Assembly: GCA_964270895.1 (NCBI GenBank) | Contig: OZ185435.1 | Reading direction: 5' to 3' (one strand) | Length of the DNA stretch: 64,000 bases | From: Podarcis filfolensis | Lineage: Eukaryota | In this document: piece after piece, positions 49,704-59,404 of the stretch | Layout of the letters: every line of letters begins with the position of its first letter | Position numbering within the stretch: the stretch's first letter is position 1 | Translations under genes and position numbers: made by a program | Notes under the pieces: generated by a model | The model's database searches: none | Told to the model about the DNA's origin: nothing | What the model saw: only the letters and a program-made list of their open reading frames with translations

Positions 49704-49920
49704 AAAAAATAAAGAAATTGTCCAGTAGCGCCTCAGAGACCAACTAAGTTTGTTCTTGGTATAAGCTTTCATGTGCATGCACACTTCTTCGGATACCGTG
49801 CATGCACACGAAAGCTTATACCGAGAACAAACTTAGTTGGTCTCTAAGGTACTACTGAACAACTTCTTTATTTTTTAAAATATATATTTCGACTGCGTCA
49901 GACCAACACCTACCTGAATC
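49704..49920. mobile_element. Penelope-like retroelement end in inverted (hairpin) configuration
   Basis: About 79-bp inverted arms (49704-49782, 49798-49876; 7 mismatches), followed by ttcgactgcgtcagaccaacacc, a PLE terminal motif. Confidence 0.8.
49758..49797 (-). ncRNA. Degenerate minimal type I hammerhead ribozyme motif (PLE-derived)
   Basis: GGTAT-CCGAAGA-A-GTGTGC-AT-GCACAT-GAAAGCTT-ATACC: stem I GGTAT/ATACC, stem II, GAAA, palindromic stem III. The core CUGA reads CCGA. Confidence 0.6.
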
Positions 49921-50668
49921 TAGCTTTGAAAGCTGCAGTTCTGGCAGTGTCCTTAAAGTCATCTTAAAGATTTCTGAACTGTTTTCTAACTCCCCCACTA
50001 CAAGATACACATTGCAAGAGGATTTCATTTTTAAACACTGTTCCATTTCAAAGCCAAAAGAGTATTCTCAGATGCCTTAAAAGAGTAAAACAGCAATTCT
50101 GTGCACCCATTTACGTGAGATACAGTGGGATTTACTTTCAAGTAAACATGCATAGGATTTCACAGTACTTCATGTATGGCATCATTACTTCTGGTAAGCC
50201 AGACCTTACCCTTTCAGCAGATGCAAGCCTGTTTGCTGGCTTATAAAAACTCCTGCACTAATAAATTAACCTGAAAGGTACCACAGGACTCCACTGTGAC
50301 CTACTGCTTCACATCTTCCAAGTGCATGTATTTCCCCTGCTTTTATTTATATCAATAATACTGAAAATAAATAAAATAGAGGCCTTTGTCTGAGCCATTC
50401 AGACTTTGAGATCAGAGCAGCACACACATTTGGGAGACTTAGTGTGGATAATTCCAGGGTACGTTTCCAAGGAGGATTCTGTGAGGCATTTACATTTCAG
50501 TCCTTGGAATTATTACTCTTCCCTACCTTTGCTCTTGCAGCTCTGTTTTTCATCAGCAGGCCACTACACAGTATAGTAAATGTCTGTTGCTCTAGCAGGA
50601 AAACCTAAAAATAACATTGCTTCAACGAACATTTTATCTGAATACAACAAGAAAAGTTCAATGAAGTT

Positions 50669-50873
50669 TAGAGTTGCCATATATCTGGATTTTCTTGGAG
50701 ATATACGAAATACTGCCGTCGGCAGCAGTGTCCAGGCGGAAATTGGGTAAATGTCCAGGAAAATCCGGATGTTTGGTGGCAGCCCAAAAAGCTCAACAAC
50801 TTTGGTCAAACAGCAACGAAAGCTCAACAACTTTTCTGTCCAGATTTTCACTGTTTGAAATATGGCAGTCCTG
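50669..50873. mobile_element. Degenerate hAT-like MITE
   Basis: Ends tagagttgccatat / atatggcagtcctg; internal duplicated aaagctcaacaacttt. Confidence 0.5.
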
Positions 50874-51603
50874 ATGTAGTTAGGCTTCTGATCCTGCACC
50901 CATATATGCACAGACTAAGTGACAGAAAGGGGCCACAAAGTTAACAAAGTCTACCCACTCCTACTCCAGAGCAGAATTCACTATAATTTGGAATTGTTCA
51001 CACCAGCTCATTCACCTAGGGCCAGGAGGAGGAAGAGCAACTACTGTTGATCATCCTCGCCCAAGTGAGACCATACAACAGAAACCGCTCTCCACCCTGG
51101 GGCAGGAGACCAATTTTTCCTGCGGAGGAGAAGCCGGCAAAATGCCATATATGTGGCCAGGAAATAATATGTTTAAAGTGATGTAAGTACTGTAGGGCTC
51201 CAGGGGAAGCCAACACACATTTCCTTATTAGGCCCTGCATAACTAGGACAGTGGTTTTCAAACTTTCCGCCTTGACTTTCCATATCAAAAGACTACTGTA
51301 GAATTCAGCCAGGTCATCATGGAAACCCTGTGTGTTGTAGAGGATAGTATAGGGTGCGCACACACACATGCTGAGCACTAGCGGGACCCTTTTGGTTCAG
51401 ACGATGCCACTCCTCCCAAATTCAGCTTTGGGGTAGGGGCTGGGGAGTTGGGAGCGATGGGAAAGCTGCATTTCGGAAGATAGGAATCTGCTTTCTACCA
51501 AGTCAGACTCTCCAGCCACCTAGCACAATCCACTACACTGACTAGCACCAGCTCTTTGCAAGAGGCTCTTCCCCCATCACCCACTGCCTGATATTTTCCG
51601 GGA

Positions 51604-51740
51604 CAGCAGCAAGGAACCTTTGGTCCTCCAGATGTTGCTGCACTACAAATCCCATCAGCCCCAGAAAGCTGGCCAATGGCCAGGGTTGCTGGGCATTGTA
51701 GTTCAGCAGCATCTGGAGGGCCAACGGTTCCCCATGCCTG
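51604..51740. mobile_element. Hairpin hAT MITE
   Basis: cctccagatgttgctgcactacaaatcccatcagcc / gggcattgtagttcagcagcatctggagg arms. Confidence 0.65.
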
Positions 51741-53998
51741 CTTTTGGAGAAGGTCCAAGGACTGAACCTGGGACTCTTGCCTGCACAGCATGTTCTGTAT
51801 CACCTACTGAACTCTATGGCCTTTTCACTTTCAGGTAAATTTGTCTGTTGGTACTGATCTCATGGAGGAAGCTTCTGGACAGCTTCTTGAGAAGTTTTGC
51901 TAGAAAATCTCTGAACCAGAGGTTATGAATTAACCAAATGACAGTGGAAGGCAGGGATTGGAATTTCTGTCTTGCTGTATGTATATTTAAAGTATCCTGA
52001 ACTGGAAAGGAATATTACCTGCTAGGCAGAAATAGAAGGGATCTGAGTAGGGGAGAGGCCCTATACTGTAATCATGTAGCAACTTCCTCTCAATTCCAGT
52101 CTACACTGTTAAAGCTATTACCTTACTGTGAGATACAAATTACTTTGGGTCTTCAGAGTTGTAGAGGCAAATTTCATTACGAGCAACAGATAAAATCTGA
52201 TAAATCTTTGAAGCATTTTACATACTATTGACAAAAGAAGAAACAAGTCTGAAGCAAAGGTGACATAGATACGGTGCTTTTTTAAAAAATGAAATAACAA
52301 ATGTTTTGGTTTTGAACACTGTTCCTTGGCAAGGAAATAACTGGGCAACTTTTTAAGCTGCAACCTCTCTTGGGTTCAGTTCTTTGGCCCTGCAGACAAC
52401 GTGTGCACTGTTACTTCACTTCAGCTCTGTGGGGTAGAAGATAAGCTTGACTGAGAAATCAGTGGAAGATAGAACTAGGATCTTTATGACAACTTGATTG
52501 GGTTATTTCTGAAGCTGCCATTCTGACTTTTTCTAGAAAATGGCTAGCCGCCCTTCTCTGGATCAAAAACCCATCTCCCCAGTCACACAACTGCTTGTTG
52601 AACACCAGGTACCTCTTTGAGAGAAGATAGCTTAAAGCCTTCAGTCCCCTGCATGCTTGAGGATGTTTGCATGGATAGATGGCTTGACATACTCCACTCA
52701 GCTTTTATTAATGGGATCACTATGACCTTACTTGGCAAGGAAAACATTTGGTGACTGTAGCTTCCACTTTTGAAAAGCAGTATTGTGGATGAAAAAAACC
52801 CCCTCTGGAACCTCCTAGAACAGCTATTCAAGATCACTTGAATTAGGTGGTTTATTATTACATTGTAACATCACATAGGAGGGCTAGGAATGGAGAAAAC
52901 ACAGAATAGAGATCTTTTGAAACAGCTTATTAAAAATTAGAACCAAGCTGGTTCAGGATTTCAGGCTTAGTTCCAATAAAGACTATTGGGTTCAGGTTGG
53001 AAAATTGCTGCTAAACTTCAGTTTAACTTGTGAGTCATCAACATAATACGAATGCCCAAGATTTTGTGACCATTTCCATATGTTAAGTTGGAAGCCAACA
53101 ACAGAGTAAAACAGCAAAATTCAATCCCGTCTCCGACACTCAAGTCAAAATGTGCAAGTCAAAATCCAGATTTGTCAGCCAAATTCCACCAGTTAGTCAC
53201 AAGCAGAAGTGTTTCTCAGATTATTAGATGAAGCCCACTAGTAATAACTCATATTTAATTTCTTAAAACACAAAATAGCAGTCAATATCAGGAGCTGTAA
53301 GTTTGGCTCATGCCATCCATGGTGAGTCAGGTATATGACTGGTTTTCAAGCCTTTTACCAGACTCTCAATGTGTGTGTTTCTGTACATGCACATAACAGA
53401 TTAATCTTTACCAACGAAGTGCCATTCAAAACCCGCAGTGTAATTGCAGATGAATTCAACGACAGGAACAAAGTAATAATAGAAGACTTTGGTGTTTAGG
53501 TTCTAATGTGGCCCGTGACTCTACTATACGTAGGCCAGGGGCCTTCTTGTGACATCACAGCCGCTAAGCCAATGGCAGGAAGAGGGGCTGCCCTGTCTTC
53601 AGAGCACCTCTGTTAAAGACATCAACAGGCGGGGCAAGCAGAAGTCAAGGCAAAGTTGTAGCAGGTTAAGGGATGAGGAAAGACAGCAGGACAATAAGGA
53701 AAATGAAACAACTTTTACAGCTCACTGAACAGAACAGTCCTTTAGGACAGTGGGCTCTAGGTCAGGAATCAGAGACTGCATTTTATAAGGAGGGCCATGG
53801 GATTGTGACCAAGTCCCAGTGAGGTCCTTCTTAAATTCTCTTGTCCTCGATGCTTTTATAGATGCGGTATCATTTTAAATCACCCCTCTGTATCTAGGTA
53901 GAACTATTATTTTTTATTTTTTTTAAATGGCAGCTAGGATATTCAGGCCTCCAGTTGCACATTAGAACTTTAGTCTGGTTTGATATATGAGCTTAGAT

Positions 53999-54746
53999 CA
54001 GGGGTCAGCAAACTTTTTCATCAGGGGGCCAGTCCACTGTCCCTTAGACCTTGTGGGGGGCCGCACTATATTTTGAAAAATATAAATACCCTGCAAGCCA
54101 GTCCTGCAGCTGCCTCCGGACCTGGAGGAACGTGTTCTGCACGCGCTCAGGAGCATGTTTCGGTGCCCCCCGTTCACCGGCCTTGTTGACGAGCAGCAGC
54201 CGCTCCATCAGCCCATCCCTGCAGAGCTCCCAGGTGGCGTGCACCATGTGCTGCGGCCCATGCATGTGGAGCGCTGGGCAGGTGGCGCGCAGCTCACCCT
54301 CCAGCTGTTCCGGCGCGGCCGCCGAGCGCACCACCAGCAGGTGTGCTGAGCCGGGCACCAGGCACGGGGCCAGCAGGCACGCCAAGCTCTGGCTGAAGCC
54401 CACAATGCGCCCAATGCGCCCGTCATGATGCCCATGGTGCAGCCCAGACCTGCTGCCCACCCGCCAGCCTCTCCGTCCATGGCTGCACCGGGTTTACCTC
54501 AGCATGTGGGTGGCGAGGCTTCGGATTGGCTGCAGGAACTTCTTGCAGCCAATCCGCAGCTGTGCCAGCGTCGGGGAAGTCAGTCCCAGTGTGGTGAGGC
54601 ATCTGCGGCTTCTTTTCAAGGAAACGCCATGCTGTACCAGTTTTGCTCAGCACAGGGCCTGACCAAACGGGCGGCAGTTCCGCGGGCTGGATTTATGAGC
54701 CTGGTGGGCCGTATCCGGGCCCCGGACTGAAGTTTGCTGACCCCTG
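53999..54746. mobile_element. Non-autonomous hAT element carrying a captured host-gene fragment (Pack-TIR-like)
   Basis: Perfect 17-bp TIRs CAGGGGTCAGCAAACTT (53999-54015) / AAGTTTGCTGACCCCTG (54730-54746); 8-bp TSD gcttagat / gcttagac; MITE-like subterminal sequence on both sides of a ~580-bp GC-rich interior. Confidence 0.92.
54178..54480 (-). pseudogene. SPR: Disrupted sepiapterin reductase (SPR)-like coding exon 1 inside the hAT element
   Basis: gcagccATGG start; MDGEAGGWAAGLGCTMGIMTGA..(frameshift)..GFSQSLACLLAPCLVPGSAHLLVVRSAAAPEQLEGELRATCPALHM...ERLLLVNKAG|gtgaac. Aligns by eye to human SPR ([51 protein letters not shown]...QRLLLINNAG). Ends at a phase-1 donor inside the NNAG motif. 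Confidence 0.85.
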
Positions 54747-55778
54747 GCTTAGACCAACAGAAAACAGCCTTTGCTGAAGGGTTTCCAAATTCTCCCAAGG
54801 GGCTTTCTCTGCTTTGTAACAATTAGAGAAGTAATATTGGGTTAAACCTCATCTGAAAAATGGTTTTTGCAGAAATGGGGACTCAAAGCTGACCACCTTA
54901 TGGAAAAGTAAGAGACAATACTAATATTACAAACGTAGTCCGGAAAGCCCATTTCAAGATCTGACCCCCTTTTCCCACTATTTAATTTTCCCCACCACAA
55001 TTTAATTTTCCCCATCCCACAGATTTAAAGCTTTCTCATGTTACGTATGTTACATCATAGGGCATTTGTAAATGTAAAATTATGCAACAATCCCCTCTCT
55101 ACCTGTAAAGCCTTGTACCAACTCACTCTACAGTTTGAGCAACTAAAATCTTCTCTTAGCTACCTACAAGAAGGTTCAAGCTTGAGTAGTAAATCTATGT
55201 GGATAGAAATCTAACAGATGTTGTATGTCTATACTATCTAGTAACTTAGATCCCAAGCTATTTGCCATGCACACACACAAGTCCCATTGAATTTGCTCCC
55301 AGGTAGAGAGGATTGTCGGCTTAATTATTTTCCCTCACTGGCTTGATTCAGGCATCTTAGGATACTTCGGTGGAAGAACAAAACAAAGCTAACAAATGAC
55401 TAGTAAGTAAATACATAAATAAGGTAATAAAGTAAATAGAGCAAATTAACATTGTTTTAATATAGAACCTCAATACCATTCTACACCTCACCCAGGTAAG
55501 ATGTTCCTCGTGTGCTCACACAGGGTGGCCAACTTTTGATATCATGGCTTTACTAATTAGGCCAGGAAAATACTGGCCAACTGGTACCAATAACTACATG
55601 GTGAACAGCATGAATATTTAAAGGGGAGATGCACATTTGCAAATAAATATGTAGAGACATATGGCCAAGCACAGCCCCCTGGTATATGGATTTATTTTTC
55701 ATCCTCCAGTGACCTGGTTGTGCCAGCGTTTGCAGGGTTGTTCACCTCTTGCACTGAATGTGCTTACATGTTGTCTAT

Positions 55779-56134
55779 AAAGGTAAAGGTAAAGGTAAAG
55801 TTACCCCTGCCCGAACGGGCCAGTCGTGTCCGACTCTGGGGTTGCGCGCCCATCTCGCTTAAGAGGCCGGGAGCCAGCGCTGTCCGAAGACACTTCCGGG
55901 TCACGTGGCCAGCGTGACAAGCTGCATCTGGCGAGCCAGCACAGCACACGGAAATGCTGTTTACCTTCCCGCTAGTAAGCGGTCCCTATTTATCTACTTG
56001 CACCCGGGGGTGCTTTCGAACTGCTAGGTTGGCAGGCGCTGGGACTGAGCAACAGGAGCGCACCCCGCCGCGGGGATTCGAACCGCTGACCTGACGATCG
56101 GCAAGTCCTAGGCGCTGAGGTTTTACCCACAGCG
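55779..56134 (-). mobile_element. Sauria SINE, near full length, different subfamily
   Basis: (AAAGGT)n tail; box B GGTTCGAATCCC at 56073-56084; internal diagnostics differ from the 7842 and 9935 copies. Confidence 0.9.
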
Positions 56135-57900
56135 ACTGTACTCATGTTGGTTTTTAAAATACATTGCTATTTTGCAGATACACCAAAACATATCCATGAG
56201 CGAGGGTTCAGGAGCCTTCTGTATTTTACATCAGGATGCTTCAAAATTCAAAATCTAGAACCTTGTGGACATTTAAGTGTGAATCTTATGATCTGATCTT
56301 TCCTTAAAAACTTCCTCAGAGAACACTCAACTTCTTCCAGACCAAGCACACAGATTAAGAGGTACACAGTACATATCCTTCTCTTGTGATACGGGGACCC
56401 CAAACATAAATTAATCTAAATCAAAAATATTTTGCCCACCTCATGGTTTGTGGATATACACAAATAAATTGTCTGCAGAGTATCAGAACATCCAAAAGCT
56501 GCCGTTGGCTCAAGTAGCAATTTTCTGGTTTTAATCAATCCATGAATGAGGAAGAGGGTGGTATGGATTTAGGAAATTGGACTCTAGGGAGATGTTTAAA
56601 GGCCCCAAATATGGAGATTACAAATTAAGCTCAGCAGATGGTACTTTTCCTCCAAGAGGGAGGAAGCAATTTGTAGCCACAAACATTGCCCAAATTTGAG
56701 GCTTTAAGTTAAACGGTGGCAACATACACCACCAATGCTTGCTTTTGAAGGGTGTTGGTTGGGGTGGGGGGAGCTGGGGCAATAGAAAGCACAGTTTAAA
56801 TGCTGCTGAAGAGAGAGAAATTAATATTTTCACAAACAGAAGTACAAAGATTTTAAAAAATCAAAGGAAATTAATTTGCTATTAATTTCAACTATTTGTG
56901 CTCTATTATCTGACAGTTGTGCAACCAATGAGAGACAGTGTTTTCAAAGTAGCAAAGATGCTGGTGCATATAAAATATTGCCTTATATGGAGTCGGAAAA
57001 CTGGTCAATTTAGGCCAGAGCTGGTGGTGGATCTGCTAGGCCACACACAGACATCTTTCTTCTAAAGATCCTTTTAATTGGGAGATGCCAGGGATTAAAC
57101 CTGGGGCTGCTCAAGACAGTCCAAATGCATCACTGCATGACAGCTGCAGTCTTTGAGGTTTGCGTCCACCTTCTAACATTTCTTTCGGTTTCAGTTATAA
57201 AGGATATACCATCAGCATTAGCTTTTGACAGAATGTACACAAAGTATACCTCATTTCCTAAGAGAAGCTTGCAAACCAACCTGCAGAAGACACTTCGTTA
57301 ATTCCATTTCTTACAAAGTCTCTTTAGTTGGCTTTCATATACATACGCTAAGGAAGTGACATGTTTAACACTCTTTTACAGATCTGCGCGTATAAGCTCA
57401 CATGATCTTTGCTTTCCTGATAGGCCAGCATATTTCATACTGCATTTCCTGCATTCTCTCAGTCACTTGTTAAGTCAGGGCATCTTCAATAAGTGCCCCA
57501 AAGGCTATTCCGTAAAGGGCTCCAACGAGTTGGCCTTGCTATTATGAACTTTTTGTCTTCATGAACTAGATTTACCTGATTTTTCAGCTAGCAGCATACT
57601 TCTGCTAGATTAGCACTTGCTCCTATCAGAAGCCAATACATAGAATGAAAACTTGTTTTTATTTGACAGCTTTATCCTGTATCCTCAACACTAGTGTTCC
57701 CAGGGCAGCTTAGAATTAGAGATCTTTCCCCCATCCTCCAGGTATCTACAGTACTCATTTTCCCGAGCCTTTTCCGATTTTTCCAACATGTTTTGAAAAT
57801 TGAGTCCAGAAATCAGTTTTGGCCACAGTGCCCTGAAGTTACATTTATACCAACAGGTTGTAGCATGTGAGCCAGAAGGAACTGGATATAGTTCAGATAT

Positions 57901-58045
57901 TATCATAGAACCTTGGAGTTGGAAGGGATCCAAGGGTCATCTAGTCTAACCCCCTGCAGTGCAGGAATCTCAGCTAAAGCATCCATGACAGATGGCCATC
58001 CAACCTGTTTAAAACCCTCCAAGGAAGGAGAGTCTACCACTTCTC
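57901..58045 (-). mobile_element. CR1 LINE 3' fragment
   Basis: gagttggaagggatccaagggtcatctagtctaacc...; very similar to 1947-2174. Confidence 0.8.
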
Positions 58046-59404
58046 ATTGTGTGGATATTCATATAGTTTGAAGAGTACCTATATTTAGTAATATTAAGAA
58101 AGTATAAGGCCAGATATAGATGCTATAGCCTGTTAAAAATAAATGTCTGGTTGTTTTAAAATTTTTTTTGGGATAGTCCCTTACAACAGCCCTGAGATCT
58201 ACAGGTATAGGGTGGTCTACAAATAGAATTAATAAGAACAGCCAACTTAAATGCCCTTGATACACCTGTACCTTGCATACAAAACAAGAAATGTATGTGT
58301 TACTTTTACATTAAATTATGATAAAAACTTACTCTTGTTTAGGAAAGGATTACGTTGTATCTCAGGTAGGAGCAATGCAAGAAGCCCGTAAAATTAAAAA
58401 GCTGACAGGGAAAGGCATTGGAGAAAATAAAGCACTAATTGGGCATGAGAGGAAAATGTAACAAATTGTGAATGCAAAAGAACGCCAGAAGATTGGGATA
58501 AATATCAGTATTTGGGAGGTGGCTGTGCCTTACAAATTTGCTTAGCCAGATGTACCCAATGTGCTAGGTAAGAGTGCAAAACTAATAGCAAAACACATGA
58601 TTCCTGGAAGATGGCGTTGGGAGTTTGAATCACGCGGCTATTGCAATGGAATTCTATCTCAATGTTTTTTTGCTCAGTTTTTGTTATTCTGCTCTACAAG
58701 GAAATAAAGTTTCACGCCTTGGTTATCTCATAAACTTATCTTGAAACTCAATTACCATCTTGAAGTGCAACAATATCACTATCTTTTACAAATTACCAAT
58801 GAGCTTACAGCCCAAAATGTCATTACAATGTTCCATCTAAGACAAAACAAGCTTAAGGGCTTCAATTATAGTAATGGGTCCTTAGACCTAGAATTGTGTG
58901 GTGGTCCTGGAAACACTCCTCTATTTGATATAAGCAGGGCTGTTTATATGCTGCAATATACTCTTGGCATGCAGAAAATGGTAGACAATGCAGAATTTAG
59001 CATAATTTTTAAAGAAAACTTCCTAGTCCTCATGACTTTTAAGGTATGCTTGAAAATGTAGGGGTAATGCTTGCTAAAATCTTAAAGCAGTATTTCCAAG
59101 GGTTGAGAATAGGGCTTCAAGTACCCAGTTTAGTTCAATGTCCACCTCCCATGTCTAGCTAAGTTGGCATAATTATTTATTTTTTTAAAACCTACAAAGC
59201 TATGCAGAATGAACAAGGTTGTGCAAGTTAAGAGAATTCAGTTTTTCTGGACACAGAATTTGGATTGCCTGAGTACAAAATTTTAATAGCATGGGATACA
59301 CAAGTCCCTATATATAGGGAGGATAAATTACCCACTGGGTTCTCTCATTCAGACTGGAGTTGCCCTTGGATTTGAGCTCACATTGCAATCAATATGCAGA
59401 CCCG

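Noticed and set aside
54044-54730. ORFs 54044-54460, 54208-54480 and 54425-54730 as a functional gene
   Set aside because: SPR similarity is split across two frames by a frameshift, with an internal deletion and NNAG changed to NKAG; plus-strand ORFs are antisense shadows. Kept as pseudogenised cargo.
56070-56134. tRNA-like box A/box B sequence (also near 10230 and 20505)
   Set aside because: Heads of tRNA-derived SINEs; no cloverleaf or anticodon arm.
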